From a virus (Duplodnaviria; Caudoviricetes): 64,000 nucleotides of DNA. Made by a program: the position numbers and the translations under genes. Below, in pieces: positions 29,733-39,608 of the stretch (positions within the stretch are counted from its first letter, which is position 1; the number at the start of each line of letters is the position of its first letter). The stretch covers positions 35,392 through 99,391 of the IMG/VR virus record IMGVR_UViG_3300013383_000024; one strand, 5' to 3'. The notes under the pieces are model-generated. The model was not told the DNA's origin. It was given only the letters and a program-made list of their open reading frames with translations, and did not search any database.

Positions 29733-31409
29733 TTATGCCGGTTGTTTTTGGATAATTTCCGGCTTTTCTCCTATAAATCGATAATAAATGTGTATTGTCT
29801 GTCGATAAGGTATCTTCCCTCGAGCTGACACTTTTGTTCCCTCAGGATACACCTTTGGCTCAACAACAATTTTGTCAATGAACATTCTGAGCACTTCACT
29901 TGTTAATACGTCTACATGATCTACCTCGTCGGCTAATGAGAAAAATCTCTTATAATCCGCTTCTATGTCCTCTGCCTCTTTAAGTTTTTGGCTTAAGTCT
30001 TCCATGCTTGACAGCAGCACTTCTGTCTCATCACGATACTTATCCAAAAGCCTTTGACCTCTGTCTTTGGGGAGAGTTCCTGCGCACATATCTTCATATA
30101 TGCGTATTGTCATTTGATCAATTGTATTAAGCCGTTGCTCAGATTCTTCGATTTTTTGTTCTGCCGTTGCTTTAATATTGTTTTCCCTAAACGTTTTTAC
30201 CGCATCGTGCACAATTTCGCGTTTTTGTTCATCAGTCATTGTTAAGAGTTCATTTAACTCTTTTCGTATAACTTCCATTAGAACATCATACTTGATTCTT
30301 GCTCCACCGTTACACTGATGTCGGCTTCGTTTAGGAATATTAAGGCACGTCAAATACCAGTATTTATTCTTTTCTCCTTTGTAGACTGTCCCTCCGCTGC
30401 ATAGCGGGGCTCCGCACGTTGCACAGTATACCAACCCGGCGAACTCATTACGTCTTACATTAGCTATTTTCTCGTAGGCTTCTCGGCGTCTACCTAAGTT
30501 CTTTAATGCCGTATCGAACTCTTCTTGAGTTACAAGCGGTTCGTGGGTATTTAAGGTAACACGCCATTCTTCCCTTGGGAGTTGTCGCTTTGCGTCTGAC
30601 TTTGGGCTTACCTTCTTACTCCTGCCAAGAGCTGTATGACCGAGATAGACTTCATTAACCAATATCCGTTTAACGGTCGTGTTATTCCAGTCATCACTCA
30701 TGTAGTCGGCATTCCCCGAGCGCCGTCCCTCGATTTTAAGAACCCTATACTTCAAAGGTGGGTATACCCCATCGTTAGACAGTGCCTCTGCTATGCGCCA
30801 TGTGGAATAGCCTTGTGCAGCCATGTGAAATATCCTTTGTACGACAGGTGCTGTTTCATCATTAGGGATGAGCTTATGATTATCGTCCGCATCCTTTTTG
30901 TATCCATATGGGGCTCTAAAGCAATATTCTCCATGATCCATCATCGCGTGGAGTGCCGTCTTCACCTTCTTTGAAGAGTCTCTAAGGTAAACATCGTTTA
31001 TGGCAAATTGAAACGGAGCTAACAGATTATCTTGCTCAGAGTCGAAATTGTCATACACCGCAATGTACTGGATACCTCTTTCGGGGAAGTACCTTTCTGC
31101 ATAATAGCTTGATTCGCTCATGTCCCTGCCCAGTCGAGAAAGGTCTTTCGTGATAACCATATCCACCTCATTCTCTGTTTCGAGCGCTCTGATCATCGCC
31201 TGAAACCCTGGTCGTTTAAAATTACCGCCTGAGTAGTCATCATCAACGAATTCCTGGGCTATTGCTATTCTATTCTTTTTACAGTAGTCTTCGAGAATTT
31301 TTCGCTGGTTGGTTATACTTCCTGATTCGCCTTGTTTTTTATCTTCGTTTGATAGCCGCAAGTAAATATAGGCAACTCTTGTTCTTATTTTTCTTTGGTT
31401 CGTTGCCAA
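29733..31409 (-). CDS. Large serine recombinase (integrase)
   Basis: YLRLS catalytic Ser, DDYSG, KDLSRLGRD, recombinase domain PYGY, CATCG Zn ribbon, coiled coil. Confidence 0.95.
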   Translation of the reverse strand: MATNQRKIRTRVAYIYLRLSNEDKKQGESGSITNQRKILEDYCKKNRIAIAQEFVDDDYSGGNFKRPGFQAMIRALETENEVDMVITKDLSRLGRDMSESSYYAERYFPERGIQYIAVYDNFDSEQDNLLAPFQFAINDVYLRDSSKKVKTALHAMMDHGEYCFRAPYGYKKDADDNHKLIPNDETAPVVQRIFHMAAQGYSTWRIAEALSNDGVYPPLKYRVLKIEGRRSGNADYMSDDWNNTTVKRILVNEVYLGHTALGRSKKVSPKSDAKRQLPREEWRVTLNTHEPLVTQEEFDTALKNLGRRREAYEKIANVRRNEFAGLVYCATCGAPLCSGGTVYKGEKNKYWYLTCLNIPKRSRHQCNGGARIKYDVLMEVIRKELNELLTMTDEQKREIVHDAVKTFRENNIKATAEQKIEESEQRLNTIDQMTIRIYEDMCAGTLPKDRGQRLLDKYRDETEVLLSSMEDLSQKLKEAEDIEADYKRFFSLADEVDHVDVLTSEVLRMFIDKIVVEPKVYPEGTKVSARGKIPYRQTIHIYYRFIGEKPEIIQKQPA

Positions 31410-31411
31410 AC

Positions 31412-31612
31412 TTAAGCCCTCCTTTTTTGCGGCACACCTGAACCGATTTTAATTATATCATTTGTTGGTTCACGTGTCAAAGAGCCATCTTCTTGCGCCA
31501 AATATAAAATACACCTTTTAACTACATCCTGAGCATATTCTTTCCCGATGTAGTTTCTATTAACGCTTATCGTCCCGTTGTCAATTTTATACTCTCTCAT
31601 CTTGGTATACAT
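31412..31612 (-). CDS. Small hypothetical protein upstream of the integrase
   Basis: GGAGG RBS; 66 aa. Confidence 0.5.
   Translation of the reverse strand: MYTKMREYKIDNGTISVNRNYIGKEYAQDVVKRCILYLAQEDGSLTREPTNDIIKIGSGVPQKRRA
31452..31480 (-). promoter_or_regulatory. Consensus SigA promoter for the integrase
   Basis: TTGACA-17-TATAAT with extended TG, inside the upstream ORF. Confidence 0.8.
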
Positions 31613-31684
31613 TGTTATCGCCTCCTGACGAAATTGTAACCACTTAAATATGTATTTATAAAAAATAGAGGGCGCAAAGCGCCC

Positions 31685-32029
31685 TCATAATAATTCTATG
31701 TACAATTGCTCTTTTAACTCTTCAATACTTTTGTCTATCTCCTCTTTCCTGATAACGTCTGCATCTTTATTAAGCCACTTATCCTTAAAATACTTGGCAT
31801 CTGTCTGATAGGTTTCCTCTCCGGTGTCTCCGGACTGATACCAGTCCAAACTATGCAGCAAACAAAACATATCCCAGCACAGCTCAGACAGCTGCTTATC
31901 ATCGAATGGATTGATCTTGCGAGCTTCTTTCGCCTTAGAGAATCCATGCTCGCCGTAATCCGGCGACATCCAATTGAACATCTCTTGGCAGGCTCTATCG
32001 TTCGTGTAGTTAAATGCTCCTCCGCTCAC
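31685..32029 (-). CDS. Conserved phage hypothetical protein (MSGG N-terminus)
   Basis: MSGGAFNY...LHSLDWYQSGD. Confidence 0.7.
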   Translation of the reverse strand: MSGGAFNYTNDRACQEMFNWMSPDYGEHGFSKAKEARKINPFDDKQLSELCWDMFCLLHSLDWYQSGDTGEETYQTDAKYFKDKWLNKDADVIRKEEIDKSIEELKEQLYIELL

Positions 32030-32274
32030 TATTCTTTGCCCTCCTTTGCTTGTTTTCGTCTCAGCACTAACTCTTTCGCTCGCTGAGAGTATTCAGCTCG
32101 TTGCTCCTCTGTGAGGGTACGCTTAAGGTAAGGATTTTTACCAAGTCGGAACTCATGCAGCTGGCAGTTACACGCAGGGCATTGCTTCACTTCCCAGTTA
32201 CTACGACCGCAGCATTCAAAACAAAATTGTTTTATAGCTTTTATCGGAGACGTTATCTTTTCATCTCCGGACAT
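32029..32274 (-). CDS. Small Cys-rich phage protein
   Basis: AIKQFCFECCG...C...C.L..FRLGKNP. Confidence 0.7.
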   Translation of the reverse strand: MSGDEKITSPIKAIKQFCFECCGRSNWEVKQCPACNCQLHEFRLGKNPYLKRTLTEEQRAEYSQRAKELVLRRKQAKEGKE

Positions 32275-32786
32275 TATCCATCGCTCCTATCGGTCGAGCC
32301 GAAACCACCATTACGTTCAGCAGTCGTAGTGTCATCCTCTGTAACACCAAACGGCAAGAATATACCCTGCATAAACTTTTGACCGTACTCAATTTCAACC
32401 TGGTTTTTTGAGCACACCTTTGCCATGATATGCCCTTCGTTATCCGAGTGATAATAATCGGCATCAATAATTCCAACGGTATTTGCTAACGACATGCCGT
32501 GCTTAAATCCCAACCCACTGCGAGGAGCACACATGAGCAGCCAACCATCAGCGATTCTTACTCTGATGCCCGTAGGCACCACGATAGGCACTCCCGGAGC
32601 AACTGTGAAGCCCACGGGCGCATGAAAGTCGTATCCTGCCGAACCCGATGTTGCGCGAGTTGGCAACTCAATATCTTCCCACGATTGCTTTATTTCCTCA
32701 TCAGTCCAATCGCTGGGCAACAGAGGCTTTATCGCTTTGTAGTATTCATCAAAGCTTACCTTTTCAAATTTCGCTACTGTATTCAT
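32274..32786 (-). CDS. dut: Trimeric dUTPase
   Basis: SAGYD, PRSG, GIIDADY, QG and RNGGFGST motifs. Confidence 0.95.
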   Translation of the reverse strand: MNTVAKFEKVSFDEYYKAIKPLLPSDWTDEEIKQSWEDIELPTRATSGSAGYDFHAPVGFTVAPGVPIVVPTGIRVRIADGWLLMCAPRSGLGFKHGMSLANTVGIIDADYYHSDNEGHIMAKVCSKNQVEIEYGQKFMQGIFLPFGVTEDDTTTAERNGGFGSTDRSDG

Positions 32787-32810
32787 ATAAGTCCTCCGAT
32801 TTATCTCCTT

Positions 32811-33005
32811 TTAGCTTTGTGCATAATATAGTTCGCAATGACAGAACCCAGGCTCTCCTCTGTCTATCTGTTCGCGGAACTCTTTGCACATACACTTTGT
32901 ATCCTTGGTTTTCTCTATCACACACGGACAGTGTCCGTTATTAGCCTTCAGCTTTGCTCTGACTTCTTTTACATACTCAGCATCAGGATTGAGTGAAACT
33001 TTCAT
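32811..33005 (-). CDS. Ferredoxin:thioredoxin reductase catalytic-subunit-like protein
   Basis: CPC...CMC...CHC triad of CxC motifs. Confidence 0.8.
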   Translation of the reverse strand: MKVSLNPDAEYVKEVRAKLKANNGHCPCVIEKTKDTKCMCKEFREQIDRGEPGFCHCELYYAQS

Positions 33006-33051
33006 ATAATCTCCTATAGTTTAAGCGGCCTTGTTAGGCCGCTTATTTTTT

Positions 33052-33537
33052 TTAGCATATTCTTTTTGCAAACTGGTTATCAGATGCCAGCTCTACACCG
33101 AGCACTTCGTCATATCGATGAGGTTTATTCGGAATATATCTTCCGAACTTTACGATAATATTCCCATAGAATTTTAGCAGTTCAATTTCAGTAACGATTT
33201 CATCCGGATAATAGCCCGTATATATCACCACATCGTCATTACACTTGTATTCATTACGTAGTGCAGCGAGTAACCCACACAATTCGGAGAACTGCTCAAA
33301 AGGCTCAAGTCCGCCAATAACTATCGCACTGGTAATGCTGTTGTTCAGATACCGCCTGCAAATATCCGAATCCTCAACGAATATCGGTTCTGCTTTACGC
33401 CACTCATCATTCTGACATATCGACAGTGGGATACCCGCTTCAACGCAGCACTTGCCGCCACAAAAGGCGGTTCCAATGAACATTGAGGGGACTTTGTAGT
33501 TGACGAAATCTTCATCTATAATTGTTTTTAACAGCAC
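33052..33537 (-). CDS. nrdG: Anaerobic RNR activase (radical SAM)
   Basis: CGGKC...CQN, GGLEP, IYTGY and SDNQ motifs; adjacent to nrdD. Confidence 0.85.
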   Translation of the reverse strand: MLLKTIIDEDFVNYKVPSMFIGTAFCGGKCCVEAGIPLSICQNDEWRKAEPIFVEDSDICRRYLNNSITSAIVIGGLEPFEQFSELCGLLAALRNEYKCNDDVVIYTGYYPDEIVTEIELLKFYGNIIVKFGRYIPNKPHRYDEVLGVELASDNQFAKRIC

Positions 33538-33539
33538 AA

Positions 33540-34432
33540 TTACAGCTCCTCCATGGCGTTCAGATCAAACCAGTCTCTCATACCGAACTCTTCTTTGCGT
33601 TCTTTAGAATAGGTCTTCTCAGCCGTTATGAAACCGACTATTCGCTGGTAACTGGTGACTTTTGGCCCGCCGCACACTGGGCACACGTCTCCGTAAAAAC
33701 CGTGATTATGCTCACAGGCGCTTATCCTTGTATTAAACGCAAAATAGGTCACTCCTGAGTCTGCTACGTAATTCAGCATCTCCCACGCAGTATCGAAATC
33801 CTTAAATGGGGCGTCAATATTTATGTGCGCTATGCTGCCGCCCGAACAGGCATCGTCGAGTATCGCAGACAGCCTTACCTTCTCCTGAATGGAAGTCTTT
33901 ACTCCGAGAGGAACCCATTGATTGCCGTAAAGAGGCAGCTCATACTCCTCATTAGGGAAAAACAACTTGTCCTTCTGCATAAGAATACTGGCCGCACGCT
34001 CTCCCGGTATCTGTTCTATGTTGATCATGTAGTCTTTGTCTGCCGCAAATTCATTCTTAACCTCGTGGATCGTTGACAGAATTCGTTTTGCAAATTCAAT
34101 GCCTTCATCTGTGTAATATGTATATCCCAACTGGTCTTTATATGTGAGTCCGTACTTTTGCAGAGCCTCGTAAATACCGATTATGCCAATTGTGTTGTAC
34201 TGAGACCGCATATTAAGGATACCAAGAGAGTAATTGGGCAGAAGACCTTTTTCAACGTTTCGCTTAATTATATGACGCACACAATCAAGTGCTTTCAGGC
34301 AAAGTACCACTCTGTCTTTGAGCTTGTCAAAGTATTCGTCGGGAGTATTCTCATACGCCAACCTTGCGAGATTGATGGTATTGACCTTCACGCTGCCAAC
34401 CTCAAGCGCTGTGCCACCGATGGAATTAAAAT
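33540..34432 (-). CDS. nrdD: Class III ribonucleotide reductase, exon 2
   Basis: FNSIGG...VNTINLAR, TIGIIG, PGE, SGGSI, CEHNH...CPVCG, RIVGF glycyl-radical motif. Confidence 0.9.
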
Positions 34433-35369
34433 CAAGTTGTCCATTACTTTCGTAAGGCTTGGACTATTTCTTATACACATAATGTGCATACCTACATTTC
34501 CACTGGCGTATCAATAGCCAGCGTACTCCTCTTGGCGAGGATAGTCTCTACAGACTGAGAGTTCGCTCTTCCTCTAAAATTACGAATAGGATATTTAATA
34601 TTCTCAGAATAGTGGTTTCGTCCAGCATTTATAGCTTTTATTGAAGAAGTATCCACTCCAAAATACTTTGCAATTTCTGAACAGGTGCAAATGCTGTTCT
34701 TTAACAAATAAACAATCTTATCGAAATCTTCATCGCAGATATGATATTTGCTTGTTTTAATAATTGGGTATTCGATACCATCTTTGCGATGCGTTGCCCC
34801 TCTGTTGATCGCCGTAACCAGTTGTTGACTAACACCATATTTAAGCTGAATTTCTTTTTGAGAATATTGCCTGCTTAAAAGATCGTCTATTATACTATCA
34901 ACCAATTCTTGCGAATATACGGAATTGTGGTGCTCTTCCCCGTATCGATGAGGAGGTTCTTCTCCGCCAGACATTATGTTGTAACCATTTGGGACAAGAG
35001 AATTATACAGTTTAATATACTCTCTTTCCTTCTCGTTATAATCTTCGAACCAACCGATAACAGAGAATGTAAAATTTTCGATTCCTCTTTCCCGCAAAGC
35101 ATCATATAAGGGGACTTTCCCTTTACCTAAATTCGTTTTTGCATGTGATTTGTGAGATACCCATCTGTGCATAGGATCGTTTGATTGACCAATATAGCAC
35201 TTATTATTCAAGTTATTCGTAATCTTATAGATTGCTTTTTTCACGAAGTCTCCTTCCACGAGATTGGCATATCCACTCGGTTCAATGGACTTAGCTTTCC
35301 TCGTTAGCATGTTTTTACTGCATACCCCTACCGATTCGTAGGAAAATAGGTAATCGGGCATTTATGTTT
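34433..35369 (-). mobile_element. Group I intron in nrdD (937 nt)
   Basis: Exon 1 ends in U with a P1 pairing GGGU/GCCC; the intron ends in G. R element GAGACUAU (34541-48) and S element AAGAAAUAGUCC (34461-72). Splicing restores ...ELG-Y-FNSIGG in frame. Confidence 0.9.
34492..35244 (-). CDS. Intron-encoded GIY-YIG homing endonuclease
   Basis: AIYKITN...YIGQS...R...E...NGYN motifs; two C-terminal HTH-like repeats; GAAGGAG RBS before GTG at 35244. Confidence 0.9.
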   Translation of the reverse strand: MKKAIYKITNNLNNKCYIGQSNDPMHRWVSHKSHAKTNLGKGKVPLYDALRERGIENFTFSVIGWFEDYNEKEREYIKLYNSLVPNGYNIMSGGEEPPHRYGEEHHNSVYSQELVDSIIDDLLSRQYSQKEIQLKYGVSQQLVTAINRGATHRKDGIEYPIIKTSKYHICDEDFDKIVYLLKNSICTCSEIAKYFGVDTSSIKAINAGRNHYSENIKYPIRNFRGRANSQSVETILAKRSTLAIDTPVEM

Positions 35370-36408
35370 ACCCCAGTTCTTTGATATTTGACTTAAGCCT
35401 ACAGCAGTTGCTCAAACTATTAATGTCGTCGCTAATGAAGAAGTTACTGTCAGCCCACTTCATATTGTGAGCACAGCACCACTTGGCAAACTTCTCATCG
35501 ACAAACTTGCCATCCTTGCGAAGAAGCGCGAATGACATTACCGGGAATGTCATCATATTCTGTTCTCTTATGCGGCTGAGCACCTGCATGAACTTCTTTT
35601 GGTACTCCAAAATCTCATCTATTTGATCGATTATAAATGTACCGTCCGGGAATTCTTTGCCGCCAAACAGCGCTTCAAGATACGATTTGTCGAAGATGGT
35701 GAAGTTAGTGAATGCTGACTGTATGCCGCCCCTGAGGAACGGCTGATTGAGCTTATAGATTATCCGTTGGAACTCTTGATCTCTATAATAATCGGGGTCT
35801 CGCTGGCAGTAACCGCTTTTAACGTCCTTCATCCAAAAGTAATATGAGTAGACAAGGAAGCTCGGTACACCAACTGCGCCTGAAGTTCTATTACAGCACC
35901 ACGATATAAACTCCGCGACAAAATCAGTGTAAGTAATAAGGTGTTGAGGCGGCTGTGAGTTGAAGTTCTCGATAAAATACAGTCCTCTATTCACTAGTTC
36001 CTCGATGTCATACGCAAAACAATATGGTTTATATGTGGTGTTGTAGGCATCATGCATATAAAAGTGCCCGTCCCATTCTCCTGTAAGCCACTCAACAGCG
36101 GTCTGATACCCATACTTCTTATTGATTTCGTAGAATATCTTATTAAAGCCGAGCAGCTTTGAATGAGGCTTACTCATTTCATTTTCCAAAGAAACTATAT
36201 CCTTATGTCCGACATTTGCATTGCCGTCTATGCTGGCATCGGCTACTGTACACTTGTCTACGAAGTTATCGATGAAATCTGTGTAGCTAAGCTGTTCATC
36301 AGAAAAGCCATTCAGCTTTGCGAGGGTATCTCCACCCTCATTTTTAAGTCGGTTGAATATGGTTGTAAAGTTCCTATCAAGTTTTACGCTTATATCTATA
36401 TTGCTCAC
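35370..36408 (-). CDS. nrdD: Class III ribonucleotide reductase, exon 1
   Basis: YMHD, YCFAY, QSAFTN, TFPV and SNCCRL finger loop; no ATP cone. Confidence 0.9.
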
Positions 36409-36611
36409 CCCTTACATTCATTAATCCATCTGTTTGCATCTGCGAAGCTCATCAGCTCTCCGTCTACGGACAGAACGGGTACATGACTAATCCCCAGTTC
36501 TACCATCTCATCGACCTGGTTATTCTCTATGTACTCAATTCCTTTCGCTTCAAGCTTTTTCTTTAAGATTGAGCACTTCGGACATCCGGTTGAATACAAT
36601 ACTATCTTCAC
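36405..36611 (-). CDS. Glutaredoxin/NrdH-like redoxin
   Basis: YSTGCPKC and VPVL motifs; GTG start at 36611. Confidence 0.85.
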   Translation of the reverse strand: MKIVLYSTGCPKCSILKKKLEAKGIEYIENNQVDEMVELGISHVPVLSVDGELMSFADANRWINECKG

Positions 36612-37195
36612 TCTTTTTCCTCGCTTCCAAATACCTCTAAGTCTAATGCGTAATCTAATATCATGTTGTATGCATCTCGCCAATTGCTCACTCTGTTTAT
36701 ACCGTAAGCTTCGGCATCAAACTTTCTGTTATGTGGGGCATCCATTAATATCTTCAAGCCATCGCAGCCTTTAAGGTTGTGTACCCCGTCGTCTACTCGC
36801 ACATCTCCTCTAATCATTTTCTTGTTGTAAGCAACGATAACATCTGTTCTACGTATATAAGGGAAATATCTGAGAAGCACCTTCTCCATTTTAGTTTTGT
36901 ATGTTTCGTGGTTGGTCGCCGTTACGATATATACCTTATGCTCACGTTCAATGAGCCGCCTGAGATAGTAGACCGCGTCCTCACGCGGTCGTACTCTATC
37001 CCAAAGCGCCTCATCTTTTAGCGGCGCATATACTTCTTCCTTTGTGAGCTCGGGAAATGCTTTCTGAATTTCCCAACTCGTCAGATCTTCGACGCGAACA
37101 TTGGTTCCATATCGCTCGTTGAGCATACCGATCCATGCTTCGGCCAAATACTCGATCGTATCATCTGCATCAACGAGGATTGTTAGCTCTCTCAA
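36608..37195 (-). CDS. 5'(3')-deoxyribonucleotidase (NT5C, HAD)
   Basis: DADDT, IVTA, K, DDG...N and APHN motifs. Confidence 0.9.
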   Translation of the reverse strand: MRELTILVDADDTIEYLAEAWIGMLNERYGTNVRVEDLTSWEIQKAFPELTKEEVYAPLKDEALWDRVRPREDAVYYLRRLIEREHKVYIVTATNHETYKTKMEKVLLRYFPYIRRTDVIVAYNKKMIRGDVRVDDGVHNLKGCDGLKILMDAPHNRKFDAEAYGINRVSNWRDAYNMILDYALDLEVFGSEEKE

Positions 37196-37857
37196 ATATT
37201 GTCGAGCTCCCTAGTTGCGATTTTAAAGAACTTTACTACTTCCTCAGGCTCAAGCCTGCTCATAGCGCACTGGACAAAATCCTTGGCAGCAATCAGCATC
37301 GAAGTGTACTTCTCCTCTGTCATCTCTCCGGTGATCCACTTAGTGATGTCCTCTACCGTTTCCTTGAGTTCTGCCAGCGATCCGGAGTTATCTATCTCGA
37401 AGTCGCACTCCATATCGTCGAGCGCATGTTCAGACTTATGAGCCTTAGCTTTGTCCGTGAGAGGACTATCAAAGCCGTCCCTATTTACGCGGATATGGTA
37501 TACCTCGTAGCCGTCTTCCCACCAGTTGTCTATTTCGTTCGGGAAGCGGCAGTCGTCGATTATCACATAGTCCCACTCGTCCTTGAAGAAATCCATCATG
37601 CCAAGCAAGAACTCTACCCAGTAATCAGGGTCACGCTTCCTAACGATATCCGTACCTACATACTGCAGCAGCGCACGGCCTGCATCGTCCTTATTACCAT
37701 CCCAGCCAAAGAACGTCTTACAGACATACTTGACGAGACCTGCATTGCTCGCGACAAGAACTCTCTCATCCTTAGCTTCAAGATAGTTTTTCATAAGATT
37801 AGCTGTGGTGGTTTTACCGTGCTGAGCTTTACCTGAAATGCAAATAACTTTTTTCAT
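37192..37857 (-). CDS. Deoxynucleoside monophosphate kinase
   Basis: SGKAQHGKTT, R.LLQ.VGT, DCRFPNE and HKSE motifs. Confidence 0.9.
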   Translation of the reverse strand: MKKVICISGKAQHGKTTTANLMKNYLEAKDERVLVASNAGLVKYVCKTFFGWDGNKDDAGRALLQYVGTDIVRKRDPDYWVEFLLGMMDFFKDEWDYVIIDDCRFPNEIDNWWEDGYEVYHIRVNRDGFDSPLTDKAKAHKSEHALDDMECDFEIDNSGSLAELKETVEDITKWITGEMTEEKYTSMLIAAKDFVQCAMSRLEPEEVVKFFKIATRELDNI

Positions 37858-37862
37858 ATGTA

Positions 37863-38471
37863 TTATTCTCCTATAATTAATTCTTTGGCGTAAGGGAGCG
37901 TCTTGATCCATGCGCAGAACTCATTCCACTCAGATAAGCGGTGGTCTTTGCGTGCATGGTAAATATTTTTCAGAACCGCATAATTGGCCTGCCATGTATA
38001 ACGGATGTTATATCCTTGCGGAAGTGTCTGTCGGATCATTCTGAAATATTCAAAGTCTTTAGTTTCGAGATATTTGTTGCGCCAGCAATTTAATATTTCG
38101 ACGATGTTAGCCAGCGCTTTTTCTTCGTCTGCGTTATGCTCGATGGTGAAGTCAGCAAGTTCGAATGGCTTACTAACACCCTTGTGCATAAAGCTGCATG
38201 AGTTGCGTACTGTCCCGACCTTATAAGTGTCATGTTCTGCTATCCAATACATTGGCGCTGTTATGTCGCAAGTCACGTTAATCATCCTCAGGAACTTGCC
38301 ATGATCGCTGCCCGCATTAGCAAGTGTTTTTGCGAGTTGAAGGTCATTGGGGCCGAGAGTGTTGTCCGGCAAACTGAGACTATCAGATCTGCTCCAACTG
38401 TTCTTGGCGTTACGGGCAGCATAGACTGCTCTTACGATGTTATCTACATGCACATTTTCAATTTTCAGCAA
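37863..38471 (-). CDS. ThyX-like (FAD-dependent thymidylate synthase family) protein
   Basis: DHGKFLR, ITAPMYW, LPQG, NY..L..IY..R..H...EW motifs; the canonical RHR motif is divergent. Confidence 0.65.
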   Translation of the reverse strand: MLKIENVHVDNIVRAVYAARNAKNSWSRSDSLSLPDNTLGPNDLQLAKTLANAGSDHGKFLRMINVTCDITAPMYWIAEHDTYKVGTVRNSCSFMHKGVSKPFELADFTIEHNADEEKALANIVEILNCWRNKYLETKDFEYFRMIRQTLPQGYNIRYTWQANYAVLKNIYHARKDHRLSEWNEFCAWIKTLPYAKELIIGE

Positions 38472-38507
38472 TAAACTCTCATCCTTTCAGTCTAAAACGC
38501 ATATAAA

Positions 38508-39050
38508 TCAGTAATTGCTCCTGAACACATTTTCGTATCCTGTACCTGTGAACCACAGAAAACATGGGTCGAGCTCTCTCGTAACTTCTGCGCCTTGCTT
38601 TTCCATGCTCCAGCGCGTCATTACATCCTGCGCAATAGAATATAAGTTATCCCACACCGGGAAGTTGCTTGAATAGCCATGAAACTGGCCGGGCTGTGAA
38701 AGCACTCCGATTATAGTGTCGGGAAACCTGTCGTCATCTACACGATTAAGAACGCACCATACCACCTGTTGCTGGTTCAACAGTTCGCAGCCTCGTGCTT
38801 CGCCATATAGTACTTGCGCCATCGCTATAACATCCTTATCTGTGTAATACATTTTATATTCTGGCGTGGGTGTCGGTTCAGGAGTTGAAGTTACAGTTGG
38901 TGTCTCCGTCGGAGCTGGCGTGGGTGTGACAGTCGGAGTAGCTGTCGGCTCGGCTGAGGTTTCTGTGGGTTTTATAAATAAGCCGCCGAAAAATACTCCA
39001 AGCAACAACAGTGCAAATAATATCAGTACAATTTTTTCGTTTCTATTCAT
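38508..39050 (-). CDS. SleB-like cell wall hydrolase (Hydrolase_2) with signal anchor and Pro/Thr linker
   Basis: YGEARG...VLNRVD...FPDTI..V..QPGQF. Confidence 0.85.
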   Translation of the reverse strand: MNRNEKIVLILFALLLLGVFFGGLFIKPTETSAEPTATPTVTPTPAPTETPTVTSTPEPTPTPEYKMYYTDKDVIAMAQVLYGEARGCELLNQQQVVWCVLNRVDDDRFPDTIIGVLSQPGQFHGYSSNFPVWDNLYSIAQDVMTRWSMEKQGAEVTRELDPCFLWFTGTGYENVFRSNY

Positions 39051-39083
39051 TATATCCTTTCCGGCTTTCAGCCTTTCATGTAG

Positions 39084-39377
39084 TCAGTTCTCTGTCCCGA
39101 CCACCTCCTTCTCTAATGAATCAATGTATTTCTCAATTTCCGTTGTATCAAACGCTTCTTCCTCTTGGGGTTCTGCTGTTGCGTAAGTAACAGCAGTTCC
39201 TGTCTCACCCCAATTTGTTGTTGGGTGTACTCTATTTATCCTGTCAATCAGTTCATCAAAATCCTCAAGTGTAAATCTGAAGTCACGATCGTATGTCCAT
39301 CCTGCAGCATCCGATAATGTATACTCGTTCACGAATATATACTCATCCGCATTCGTTGTCACATAGTTAACTGGCAT
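39084..39377 (-). CDS. Hypothetical protein
   Basis: ORF within the operon; start inferred from RBS position. Confidence 0.5.
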   Translation of the reverse strand: MPVNYVTTNADEYIFVNEYTLSDAAGWTYDRDFRFTLEDFDELIDRINRVHPTTNWGETGTAVTYATAEPQEEEAFDTTEIEKYIDSLEKEVVGTEN

Positions 39378-39597
39378 TTGATTCACCGCTTTCTGCAAGG
39401 ACAACATCGGAAACACGAATAAACGGGTCTATTACACACGCGCGTGTAACTCTGTCAAAACAAGCACAGCAAAGTTTCAGGTCTACTTCTTCCCCATCAT
39501 GTACACTTCCATATCCGATTTTCTTTGATATTGCGAAGTCCGACATAATATCAAACTCGTCCATTTCTTTGCCGCAGAAATTACATTTTATATTCAA
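39367..39597 (-). CDS. Zn-finger hypothetical protein
   Basis: CNFCG...GYGSVHDG...LCCAC. Confidence 0.7.
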   Translation of the reverse strand: MNIKCNFCGKEMDEFDIMSDFAISKKIGYGSVHDGEEVDLKLCCACFDRVTRACVIDPFIRVSDVVLAESGESNAS

Positions 39598-39608
39598 GTA
39601 TATTCTCC

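Noticed and set aside
35245-35361. N-terminal 39 codons of the 289-aa intron ORF
   Set aside because: This is ribozyme 5' structure; the RBS and GIY motif place the start at GTG 35244.
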